A stretch of DNA of 64,000 bases from Callorhinchus milii (Eukaryota), in contig NW_024704742.1 of the NCBI RefSeq assembly GCF_018977255.1, positions 128,838,001-128,902,000 on the forward strand, given 5' to 3'. The position numbers and the translations under genes are program-made. Position 1 is the first letter of the stretch. Each line of letters starts with the position of its first letter. A model generated the notes under the pieces. The model did not search any database. It worked only from the letters and a program-made list of their open reading frames with translations, and was not told the DNA's origin. Shown here piece after piece: positions 36,660 to 49,700 of this stretch.

Positions 36660-39396
36660 AACCCCCTATATAAATTGGTCAGTAATTTCATAGCTGTTTG
36701 TGGGATATTGTTTGTTGCAAATTGGGCTGCCGTATGTGCCTACAAATACACAGCCACTGTACCTTAAATTCATATAAAGTATTTTGAGCCGTCCTCCAGA
36801 TGTGAAAGGCGCAATACCAAATGCAAAGATTAATATCATTATAACGTTGAAACATCGCAGAGTGGTTCACATGAGAGTTCTGCAAACAGCCACAAAGTGA
36901 CCAATCAATTTATTTGGGGGATTGCTAGCCAGGACATTGCATAATGTTCACCTGAACAGCTAGGATGTTGGGAGATGGCGGGATTGATCCGTTTGTGCTA
37001 TTCCTGGCATTATTGCTGCATTAACAACTAACGTAAAAGTAATTAATAGAAAAAGGGAAAATAAAGTTAAACTAAGTTTGTTTAAACCTTGTTAAAGGAG
37101 GAACTCATTCAAAATTCTACAGCTGAGATGTACTACATAAGAAAGGTCTTATGCAGTCATGTATACTCTCACGTTTCTAAATACGTTGCAATCTAAGGAT
37201 AAATAATAATAATAATCCTTGTATTTGATATATTTGATATAGCGCCTTATCACAGCTTCGAGACGTCTCAAAGCGCTTCACAGAATATATTGTAACGTGA
37301 ATTGACTGTATACTTTATGGGCGAAACAGTGACATTTTGAAACAAAACAGGCTAAATTAAATATATTGATTGCATTGTTAACATCAGAGTACATTTAAAA
37401 TATATTGTGTTAAGTATTTTGTCCAAGGCTTCTCATATTTGTTTGGAGACCATTGTCATAAAATTTGAGTTGATGCAGAATTTTGGAAAAATCTTGACTT
37501 CAGTCGCAATTTGGAAATCCTACTTACAATATGGATCATTTTTGTGCAATAGAACTCTCAAACTAATGGTATAATGTATTCCTGGTATAACCTGGTCTAC
37601 AAATTTGTATTTATTCACCATTTATTCAACCAGCAAAGAGCAAAGTGTTCAGTCCTTATACTTTATTATTGCACTTCAACGTGCCTTTGCTGAATATCCT
37701 TCAAAGGGAAAATGCAAAGAACTTAGCTTGACCTTATAAAATATGTCTTGTAATGGCCATTCAAGCATGAAGTGAACTTTTTTCAATTATAAGCCAAGGC
37801 CAGAGTTATTGGCACAGCTACAGGTTTGGAGGCCAATGCACATTAATGGAATCTATTTTGTTTTCAAAATATTAATCTTATCCTCTGTAATATTTCATCA
37901 GGGTATGCAGTATTACAAGAATCTAACAGAATTCCCTGGTTTCTCTGGTGGCTGGAACTGGGTTGTTACATTACACATCTGGTTTAGCTGCAAAGTGCTT
38001 TTTGCTTTTTGGACATGCAAAATATGAATCCAGCCAAGCTGGCATGATTTCCTTCCCACCGGCTCGGTATCATGTTCCACCATTGTTAAGCGCTCTGGGA
38101 CGTTATCCTGCGTGAGGGGCCCTATATAAATCCAAGTTGTTGTTGTTGATTTGAGACTCGTCCTTGAGTGAGAGACGATGCTCAGGGCTTAGCCTTGCAA
38201 TAATAATAATTCTTGCATTTGATACAGCACCTTAGCATGTCTTTGAGACGTCTCAAAGTGCTTCACAGAGTATACCGCAAAGTGTAGTGACTATATATTT
38301 TGTGGGCAAAACGTGGCAGCCAATTGCGCACAGCAGTGTCCCACAAACAGTCGTGGATTGAGTGTCCAAATTATTATTATTTTTGTAGCACACACACTGA
38401 CTCACATAGTCTCAAACACACACACACATTCTCTATGTAATAATAATCATTGCATATGATATAATGCCTTATCGTGCTATATCAAATGCAAGAGATTACT
38501 ATAAACAGAGCAAAGCAAGCATTTTACACCTTGATTTTCAACTTTAAAAAGTTTCCAGGCGGAATGTATTCTGATTTGAGTTTCTTAAGCGATGAGCTGA
38601 GCTTTTACAGGGGCAAGTTGCAGGCTTGATCCCCAGTGTGTGCTATGTTAACTAATTTCAGCTAAAGTAACGATAGAGCAACTATAAAGCACCTTCTTGC
38701 TCTAGGTCAGAAGGTTGTGTGTTCAAGAGCCAAATCAGGATTTGAACTCTCACTCTGGGCTGATACATTATTTCAGTACATTTACACTGCTCAGCGCAAA
38801 ATAGCTTCCATGTTCATCCACAACACACAGTCATTACACCTTACAGTATATCCTGTAAGTTGTTTTGAGATGTCCTTCCGATGTGAAAAGTGCTATATCA
38901 AGTATAACTATGGTATTCTTAGTACACTACAGTACTGTGAGTGATGCATTTTGGGAGGTGCAGTCCTTCGGATGAGATATTAATAATAATCCTTGCATTT
39001 GATATAGCAAATTTGACATCATGAGAACATCTTTAAGTACGTCACACAGTTTCTTAGTGTCCTGGTCAACAATTCCACCAGATATATTGGTCATTCCTGT
39101 TAATGCACAATTTGGTTGCTGTGATTGACTTCACATATACAATCACTATACTCAGCAGGATTTCCCTCTGAAGCATTTTGAGACATTTCATCATTAAATC
39201 ACGTATGTCAAATGCAAGCATTATTGTTACATTATTACTCCAACCCTCTCTACGTGTATCTAAGTTCTACCAAGCTTAGTGAGCGAAGGAATTTCAGTCC
39301 CTTGGTGAGAAAGTTGTTCAATTTATTTCATTGACTTACGATCAGCTGTAAAGTTATAGATAAAAGAAATTAAAACTGCGCAGCAAAAAAATAAAC

Positions 39397-39727
39397 TAAT
39401 AATAATAATAATAATAATAATCCTTGCATTTGTTATAGCGCTTTTCACGTCGGGAGGACGTCCCAAAGCGCTTCACAGAATATACTGTAAAGTGAATTGA
39501 CTGTATATTTGTGGGCGAACGCGGCAGCCAATTGCGCACAGCAATGTCCCACAAACAGTCGTAGATTGAAAATGACCAATTTATTATTGTTTTTGGTTTT
39601 GGAGGGATTATTATTAGGCTCTGTGTGGAGCAAGGAAACTTGCCCAAGGTTTCGCCCTGCCTGGAATTGAACTCAGGTCTCTCGCTTGCAAAGCGAGTGC
39701 TCTAACCACTGAGCTACAGGACTCCAC
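39397..39727 (-). mobile_element. Young tRNA(Ala)-like-head SINE, full length
   Basis: Almost identical reverse complement of 23383-23711. Confidence 0.93.
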
Positions 39728-41124
39728 CGACCTTGTAGTTTTCAATTGAATTAATTGAATGTCTGGTTTTGAAAGAAACCATTAAACAGTTTGAATAATT
39801 GTTCGTGTGGCAACTAACTTTATATCAGACATCTACGGTTAAAGACAGGCTAGAGATTGATTAAAATTTCCTGTGTAACAGTCAACATTCAGTTAGCGTA
39901 TAAACTATATAGTGGAAAGGTTTCTTTTTTGAATAAGGTGTTTCTTTGTTGTGGACTCTTCTGTCAGATTGTTGCTGTGAGCTCTGGTATGTCAGTCTGT
40001 GTGCAGAGAACGGTTTACAATCCAAAAGCTATTAACACGGTGACTTGTACCTCCATGAGGAATTCTTAAGCAAAGTTTTATGTTATGGTTGATGTGTAGT
40101 TGCTGGGTTTTGCACCTGGCTTGCTTAATTTAATGTCCAAAACAAAATTTCACACTATTACAGAATTAACCATTTGCCCTACCTTACTTGCAGGTCAATG
40201 AGATTCATGAAATACACTTTAAATAGAGGCAAAGTTCAACATGCAAATTAAATGGACCAGGAGAGTTCTCTTTGTTCCACTGTTACTGAATAAAAATTTC
40301 ATGCCTTCATATTTCTATCTAATTTTATTCAGACTTCAACCGTGTATTATTTGGTGCATTGGGTTAACAAGATAAGTGTTGCACATTAAAACTAAGGGGA
40401 GAGATATGTCTAAACAAACCCATTGCTGCAGAAGAGAAGCAGTTTGTCTATCTTTTGGAGTTCAGACGTTATTTTAAAACTCCCGTATATATTGCCCACA
40501 AAATATACAGTCGATTCACTTTACAATATATTCCGTGAAGCACTTTGAGACATCTTGAAGATGTGATAAGGTGCTACATGCAAGGATTATTATTATTATA
40601 ATCATTAACATAATCAATATTATCAGCAGTGTTAAAGCTGATATTACAACATTAACGAAAGCCAACAAACTCTTGTTTTTCTCAAATATGACATTCTGCC
40701 CCCGTTCTCTAGAACTCCATCCAGGAGTCCCTCTGGTTCACCCCCACCCTCCTGACATGAAAGGTGTAATATGAATATAAATCATATTGTATGAGTAGAA
40801 CTTTCTCAAGGCACCTGGTCATGTCGAAACATCTTAAAGTAAACACCGTCAGATTTAGTGACTGTTTTGTTAAGGAAACCGTTCTTATCATTTTACAAAC
40901 ATTTTATAAACCTTGTCTAATTGTTCTTCATAGCTGACTCCTCTAACAACTACAAGTTGCATTCATACAGCATCCTTCACGTGGGGTACTTCAACACTGG
41001 GGGTCATCCTTGTTGCTCTCCCCTACGCTGCCTCTAGTGCATGGACAACCCCCTCATGTTGCGGAGACCAGAACTGTATGCAGCATCATGCGATTTGCTG
41101 AATTGCATAGACGATGCAGAGCAA

Positions 41125-43634
41125 CAGTTCACTTATACATCATTTTATTGCCAATATCTAGCTTGTTTTAATGCTCTATACAGGTTACACCACATACTGG
41201 TTTACAGAAAATAAAATACAGTAGTTTGAAAGACATTTACACATCATTAAAGTCCATTGACATCAAATGCAGCAATTTATGTCTTCAATGAATATATACC
41301 ACAGAAATAACAAAACGAAACCCTATCTAAAGTTATGAATATTAAATTCTACACAAGTGTTAAATAAATAATATCACATTATATGCAGATATTTCTACTT
41401 ATGGCATTATATTACTGTTATACTGTATGGTGCCCTTTGCACTTATTAAACATCCATACCAGCCAAAGCTTAAACCTTTAGTTTTTTTTACTATTATTCT
41501 CAGATCGCTAAACCCTTATACACACATTCTTTCCATTTTTAGTTACACATTAAGAACAGCAGCTCATAACCTGAACACTGACAGTGCTAGCAAATGCACA
41601 AATGTCTATTTCAATGGCTAACATTGGGATGAAAAAGTGCAATGTTGCTTCAACAGATTCAATGTGATGTTTATCGGGTGGAATCTGTTATGCAACATGA
41701 CGTTTTCACCTTGTTGTTTCTAGTGGTACATGCTAGAAGTGACAAAAATATAGTCGTAAACCCTTTAAATCAGTTAATAAACTTCTTTCTTCTGAACGAT
41801 CTGAACTGAAAAGAACCTGATACAGTGGTGTGCCAAACTAAATTCACCTTTCGACTGTCAATGTTTTATTCAAATATTTATAAAGGACTTTGGGTTTGTT
41901 TTTTTGATCGATGAATTTACTTGCTTAAAAGCCAGTCAATTCTCCCACTGCAGTTATGGTGAACACACAGCCACATTCTGATGATACCCCAGCACACCAG
42001 CCATCAGACCTTCCCCTTAAAACACTCACATCAGGTGGACATTATTTACAACTGTACATAGCATTTTGCTGGGGCTGATGCAATGCTATGTCCTTATAAA
42101 AATACATGAACAAAGGCATGAATACATTCCTCACCAAAGTGGGTATTTATTTTAAAGAGAAGCCTAGTACTTGTAGAAACAAATATCTATATACAATTTG
42201 CTGCATGTCACATTTACATAATTCCTTCAAATTGTCTGCCTTCAATCTAGTTGAGACATTACACCCGAGGCACAATTAACGTTCAATAACTTTTTCACGT
42301 GGGATATATTTGTAAATTTGTCAACACTTGCAACCAATTGAACAATGTCTTTCACAGCAAGAGCATTTTGGAGATTGTTTCTTGTTTCTTTATTGTTTAT
42401 ATATTCTTAACTATCTACTAAAATAATAGCAGCATCTAATTAAACCCACTTGCATAATACCAAAATACAATATTACTTTCTGAATTTTATTTTTCAAAAC
42501 AGCCAAATGTATGCATCAAATGTTCAACTTTGTCATATTTTGTCTAATATTTTGTCTAATACAAGTGTACCCACAATATTAATATTTACAAAAAAAAATT
42601 ATTTTGACATATTTGTTAAAAATACCAGGACATTATTAAGATTTTTCTTTTTATAATCTAAAAATATTAATTTTAGTAGCTGCATTTACCGCTTTAAAAT
42701 GTTATTGCCAAATTATTCAAAGGTATATGATGTTTATTGTTATAGATAGAAGTCCATATTTATCCATATAGAGCTATTTGAGAACTAAATTGATACTCTG
42801 CACTACAGTTTTCTAAAATTACAGTCTTTATGATATTTATAGGTAAAGACAATAAAACAAAAGTGTGGAGCTATCGTTTACAATTTTACAAATGCTAACA
42901 CAGCAATAGATTTTGATTATAGTAACACAATTATTTACTGAGCACGATTTTTAGTGTATCAAAAAAAACAAGTTCTGTTTTAACACTACGTGAGCACCAG
43001 CAAAGCCCTGGCGGCTATAAATAGTGTCACAAAATGTAGCTTGGTTCTCTTTTGAAGCTTTCCATGCACAGAAGGGAAAACTAACTCATGCAGAAAGTAC
43101 ATTACGGTTTGACTTTAGTTAAGAATAAAGTTACTGCAATGCAACTTTTAAAAGATTGGTTGATATGAACTATGAAACCAATACCCAACTAATGTCTAAC
43201 GTCTTGGCTCTAAGTAGGTAAATTCAATTTGATATAACTTAAAACTTTTTTTTAATATATATATATGTACTGGGCAGTCACAATGTTATTATATTGCAGG
43301 TAATATAGGGGGTAAAAGGACTTATACAAAGGATCTCCTATTTGAAGATTCTCTTCAGTTGTCAGTTAAGTCACTGCTGGCTTCTATGATACAAACTGAA
43401 TCATGTTTTATCATCTTTGCAGAGATGACGCTTCCAGTACAGTGGTGCTGTACAATTAAGTGAATCTTTCCTGAGTTTCCGAAAGCAACAGAAAAAGACA
43501 AATTAACAGTCTGTTCCTCAAAAAAAAAGAATAAATTCCTTATCAGCCGTTTTGTTTGTTAGCAGTGACATCTTTGGTAAATCTCCCTCCAATGGAAAGT
43601 TTATCAAAAAAAAAGGAAGATTTGGTTCCATTGT
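41125..43634 (-). other. NPR3: Probable NPR3 3' UTR (~2.5 kb)
   Basis: AT-rich stretch directly after the stop, with no recognisable SINE or LINE copies, unlike its flanks. Minus-strand AATAAA hexamers lie at 42733-42738, 42486-42491, 42389-42394, 42146-42151, 41865-41870 and 41144-41149. Repeats resume below ~41090. The end point is inferred. Confidence 0.65.
41144..41149 (-). terminator. Candidate distal polyadenylation signal AATAAA of NPR3
   Basis: Last AATAAA before repeats resume; preceded on the mRNA strand by several TGTA motifs and U-rich tracts (ctgtattttattttctgtaaa...tgtaacctgtatag). Confidence 0.5.
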
Positions 43635-43746
43635 TTAAGCTGTAGATAGATTGGATCTGACAGAGTCTTCTCGTAAGTGATGGTGCTTACCAGTGTCAGC
43701 TTCGAGGAGCTGTACTCGCCTCTCAATAGTTATTCTGTATTTCTTC
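43635..43746 (-). CDS. NPR3: NPR3 last coding exon (equivalent to exon 8), cytoplasmic tail and TAA stop
   Basis: ttcttgtttag|GAAGAAATAC...ACAGCTTAA; encodes (R)[36 protein letters not shown]. Confidence 0.95.
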
Positions 43747-46700
43747 CTAAACAAGAAAGATAAAGCCATTAAAAGAGTTTGGGTTTACATCTCGCCCTTT
43801 TGTAAAATACATTAAAAAACTTGAAAAAGGATATGTTTGCCATGCCAGCATCATGTCAACAATAGTATCTGTTAACGCAACACTACGAAACATGAACATC
43901 AAAATTACGTTTCAAAATACAGTAGAACTCGTAAAAGTCTGATCTGTATAAATCATATAATCGCCTAAGTCGTACATCTGCCCAAGTCCCATTGAATTTA
44001 GTATAACTTATACAAGTTTCACAAAACTCATTCTCTGCATAACTCATGTTAAATGTATGGTCCCAACTGATACGACTTGTGTGAGGTTTATAGTATCACC
44101 CCACGCAGCCCGTGTCCTCTCCTACACTAACCCATCACCCCTATATCCTTGCTAGGCTCCATTGGCTCTCCTTTATCCATTTGATCCAATTCAAGATTCT
44201 CGTCCTTACTTTCAAATGCCTTCATGGCACTTGTCTCATTCTGCCTCTGTGACCTCCTGCAGCCTTACTGCCCCAGCCACTCCTTCAGCTCAGCCTGCTT
44301 CTCATCTTCTTGTCCATTCTGCCCTTGTTCTCTGGAACCCCATCCCAGAGTCCCTCTACCTTGGCCCTGAGCTCTCTGCCTTTATAATTCACCTCAAGAT
44401 CAATCATTTTGACTGCGCTTTCAACTATCCCTCCTCCCAGCCCCACACTCAGCTTTGCCCTCAGCTCAGGCTCCCAGTCGGCTTTGAGATATCCTCCACA
44501 TGTGAAAGGTACTGTATTATTGCAAATTGTAATTATAAAATGTATGTTTATATAAAGTCTGTTGCTGTGTGCAGTTTTCCAGATGGAGTAACATTGCCTA
44601 TTCTAGCAGGACATGTTCTTGTCACGATATTCCAGATATTGAGAGCTCAAGAGAAGCAGAGTTTCTGTTTCTGACAGTTCTAGAGTACTTAATCTCTCCC
44701 ATGTGGTTGGGAGAAGAAGGGGTATTAGCACCTGGCTTACTTATGTCTAGAAACCACAGGTTTGCATTGGCAGAAGTCAAGACTGTAGGGTTTCCAAAGT
44801 GCATATTGTGGTCGTTCTGGAATTGAGCCAGCACAAACCATGTACAGTCCAATTACAAGATAAGCTTCTTACTATTTGTCCAGTGAGGACCACCATACCA
44901 GAATCCAGTGATAACTATTCTTCTCGCTCCCTCCCTTGCCTCCTCCAAGGCACGTCTCTTCGATTGCACTTTCAGTCACACTCCTTTTCCTACCCTCCCT
45001 GCCCTCCACTGCTCCTGATTCCAACCCCCAGCTCGGATCCAAATCCCTGCCTGTCCAGTGCCTTGGGACGTCCTTCTGAGGTGAAATGCTCTATACAAAT
45101 GCAATGTTGTTGTTGTTGTTATTGACTGAATGTTTGGTCGATGTGTTAATAATCATCACCGTTGATTAAATCACCGGTGATAATATCACATGCTGCATTT
45201 TTCTCCCATTTAGATATTTTCTCCCCTCACCCACCCCGGTGTGTCCCATGCTGATATGAAATAGTTTCTCAGACCTGTACTTCTTGCTGCCTACCTGCCA
45301 CCATTCTATAGTTTATTTGGCCTCTCAGAATTTTTTCAGCAATGTTAGATCAGACGTTTACTTCAGTTCCATTCCTAACTGTGAAATCCTGGAAAACCCT
45401 CCAAATCTCATGCAGATTTCTTCACAGTTTTCTGGATCACAGTTCCAGGCTGCTCCAGCCATAACACCTGTGCTGCAGAGATTGGCTAGCCAGTAAATAA
45501 CATTCATAGTTGTAATCGATCCAAACATGTCAAATTGGGATGAATTTCAAAACGGTCCAAGCTTGGCCATTTTCAGATCATTCTGAATTTGAAATTACTT
45601 CAGAGCACATTTCTGCACAAATATTTGACAGAGATCATTTCCGATGTGCTGCATTTCTTTACAAGGATATTTCCAATATCAACAAAGTATGTCTGCAAGA
45701 CATTTGTAATTTATATACAGTAGAGGTTTTACATTGTGTTCTTTTGACCTGATGCGGGCAACAAAACTCTCGTATTAACTCTTCAGGGAAATAAAGGATA
45801 TATTTGCCTTCAAAATAAAGACTGACACAGAAACAAGAATACACATTCTTCCTTATGTAATTTGTGTTATTGCTGCTTGATTCCAGCATCTCCCACTTTA
45901 CGTTCTCTTCAATATTTATATACTATTGCCTGGTTAATGTGTCAATGATCAAGGTGGCAGATTCACCTGGTCCCAGGACTAAGCCAAATCTACAAAACAC
46001 AGTCAGACACCACTATACAGTATTTCCTGTGAAGCCTTTGAGATGACTCAATGGCATAGGAACATGGGCATTCTGCCCCTCTAGCCTGTTCTGCCATTCT
46101 ATTAGATCATGTCTGATCTGTAACTAAACTCGAATTTCCCGCCTTTGTCCCATATCCCTTGATTCTTTACTCAACAAAAATCTATCCACCTCAGTCTTGA
46201 AAATTTGAATGATAAGGTGCTATATCAAATGCAAAGTTTATTATGTAAGTAATTCTACAGGGTGTCTTGGACATCGATTTTTCTCTGTTTCTTTAACTTA
46301 GCACCCATAAAACCTTAGATCCATTGACTTAACACCCTCCTAAAGATTGGTGGGAAGACGTCCCACCTCGGGCCAGATTTGCACTCTTTATGCAGCCTTT
46401 CGCAGCGTCCAGAATTTGCAAATTCTTAAATAGGGCCTTAATACTGAAGTTGGTGTTCTCTAAGTTCTTTCAAGATCTAAACAAATTTGACTTCAGACTT
46501 AAGACCCAATTCAACAATTTGACCAATTTCGAACACTGTTACGTAAGTAGAGTACATCAAGTTGCAGGAAGAATTTCACCCCATGAGTTCAAGTTAGGAT
46601 TTCACTGTTGAGTGAATCAAAGGTATATGACTAATATTCTGCTATTCTATAACTGTCTGTCCGCTACCCTGCATGGCTCCTGTTAAACTAGCATGACTTT

Positions 46701-49700
46701 CAAAACTTAACTTTAGCACTTTCTGTCAAGCATCCCAAAGTAGTCTAGTCCCCTGTCTCCAGAGGTAACATTACATTTAACAATAACACTAGATGTGATG
46801 TCTTTCAAATCCAAGTCTGCACATCTGTCCTGTTGGCAATGGTTCTGGCAATTAGCAAAATGTGTTTTTCTGCATTTTTTCCATAACCCGCCATTTTGCT
46901 GAATTTTTGCAGATGTAGTTTCACAGGAAAGTTCCCAGCTGTGGTATTTTAGAATTTTAACTGAATATTTCCACTAGCATTAACTTTGGCAGGAGTGGGG
47001 GTGGGGGAATGTCATTGAACACAGATAATGTAAAGAAAAAACCTGACTAAAAAGAAAGTAAAGTTACTTTTACTTAATTTTAAGACTATGCCCCCTCAAA
47101 GGGTATTAGAAATCTAGAATTCTCTCCCCCAAAAGGCCGTGGATACTGGATCCATCCACACCTTCAAGAGTGAGGTTGATAGATGTTGGTAGGTCAGGGT
47201 ATTGAAGGATATGGGGAGAAAGCGGAAAATTGAATTGAAAGGATTAGTTGAGGTATAGATGATCTAATTAAATGGCAGAACAAGCTCGAAGGGCTGAACG
47301 GCCTCCTCCTGTTCCTATGTAAATTGTGGCAAATGGAATTATAGATGTAATAATTACCACTAGTGATAATAAATTAAGGCCTTGTTAATGACTCAGTCGA
47401 TGACTGGACATTGAGCCATCCTATAGCCAACACTGGTTCGTGGGACACCAACATAATTCAACTTTTAAAGTTAAGCAAAACTGCGTAATAGCACAGGTGT
47501 GATCAGCCGTGATAATTGTCACTTCGAATGTTACCATTTGCGCTCTCCGAGCAAAACTTCAGCCATCACAAAAAACATCATTCTCATGGAACCCCAATGG
47601 GATATAACACACAAAGCCCCAACAAGACTTTTCATTCCTATATTTCTTACTTGAGCCAGATTGCCAAGTAATAACAATAATAATAACCCTTGCATTTGAC
47701 TTAGCGCTTATCATGTCGTTGATACGTCTCAAAGCGCATCACAGAATATACTGTAAAGTGAATATCTCACAAACAGTCATGGATTGAGTGACCAAATTAT
47801 TATTATTATTTATTTTTTGAAGGAAATATTTCCCTCAGAAATTGATCCACAACTCGGCTAACAACCGGGTTCCTACTTACTGCTAGGTTATACAGAGGCT
47901 TGTGAAATAAGGAAACTTGCCTAAAGTTTTCCCCTGCCCGGTAATCAAATCCCATTCCTCTCACTTGTGAGACGAGTGCTCTACCTACTGCAGGATTCAC
48001 TACAAATTATAAAATAGCCTTGAGGTTACGAGCTCATAACAAACAGTAGTGGACCTTCTTGATAAAAACAATAATAATTCTTGCATTTGATACAGCACCT
48101 GGTCACATCTTTGAAGCATTAACATGATTTAGTGTAAAGTGTAGTAACTCTATTTTGTAGGCAAACATAGCAGCCAATTTGCACACTGCAATGCCCCACA
48201 AACAGTCATGAAGCAAATGATCAATTGCATGTAGGGGATTGTTGGCCAGGCGAAACTCCTCTCTCTTTTCAAATAGTGCCATGGGATCATTAATGTTCAC
48301 CTGAACAGGTAGACTGGAGCTGGGTTTAATGTCTCATCTGAAGGACAGTATATCTGACAATACAACATTCCCCTACCACTGCATTGGAGCATCAACAACA
48401 ACAACAAGATTACATTTGTATAGCGTCTTTCATGTCGGGAGAACGTCTCAAGGCGCTGAACATAGTACAGCATTTCAACTAAGAATAAACCATAAAGTTA
48501 ATCATTGCTCAAAACTGTCCCTTATTTTAAATATTAACAAAAGCAATTGCAGTTTCAAAAGTGTGACTTGAACCCATAACCTCCTGCCTTCTTGCCAAGT
48601 CTAGTGACTGTGCACTTGAAAGAAAGTTTTAGTTAGATAATAAAGAGCTTTTATGTCTCTGGACTAACTACAGTAAAAAAAATCTTGTTCAGTCATGGAC
48701 ACTTCTTTCAACAGAAACTGTACATTATAAGCACCTGCAACAATAAAGGGGTAACCAGATACAATGGAGTCTATGAAGTGCTGTGGATGAATGGGAACAG
48801 GAAACAGTCACCTCTCGAGTGATTCCATGTGTTGCACATTGCTCTCCAATTATAGCACTCTGCCTGAGGCTGTTGCACTCTGACCTCAGACACAGTAACA
48901 TTGTACCCTCCTCTCCACCCACAATTTGTCTCCTATATTACTATGTGAGCAGGATGTGGACAGGGGGACAGACTGAGAATAGCGTTCTCAATACAAACCC
49001 GTTTTGGGAAACTGAAAACTCAAAATGTTAAGATTTTAGAAACACGTTTCTGCATAGCTGATCTGCTCTATTATAAAGGACAAGCGAGTTCTAAAGCAAT
49101 AGTTGGGAGCCAGTAGATTCCAAGCCACGTTTTGACAGGGTGTAATCAAAGGTAACCACCAGTCAATGCGAATGAGCTTTTGCATTGCACTGTTCTATCA
49201 GCACGCATCAAATCAGGTTAGCTCAACAGAGAGATTTGAAGTGCCTGATGGATTCACATGTGCAATGTTTGAAACAGCCACATTTCAGGTCCCAAAACTC
49301 ACAAGAATAACAACAACCTGGATTTATATAGTGTCCTTCATGTGGGGCACCATCTCAGAGCACTTCAAATCTATCATAAGTAAAAGATTAATTCCGGGGA
49401 TAAGTTTGCAATAGAAATACAATTTTTTGGTTTTGTTTCTTTCTCTCTCACTTTCTCTCTCACTTCTCTCACACACAGATCCATCTCCCTTACCCACAAG
49501 ACTCATTGTTTTGGGATCATCCTACCTGAACAAGTAAAACGCCAGCAGCAATGCACATCCCAACAGTGAGCCGACAACAATGCCTGTGACTGCAGACTCT
49601 CCAATCCCACCTGGAGAGAACAAGACAAACGGTTACTGTTCACGGCAACAGAGTATTCACATGTAACAATGGTGCTATTCAGACAATCGATTTCACCTAC

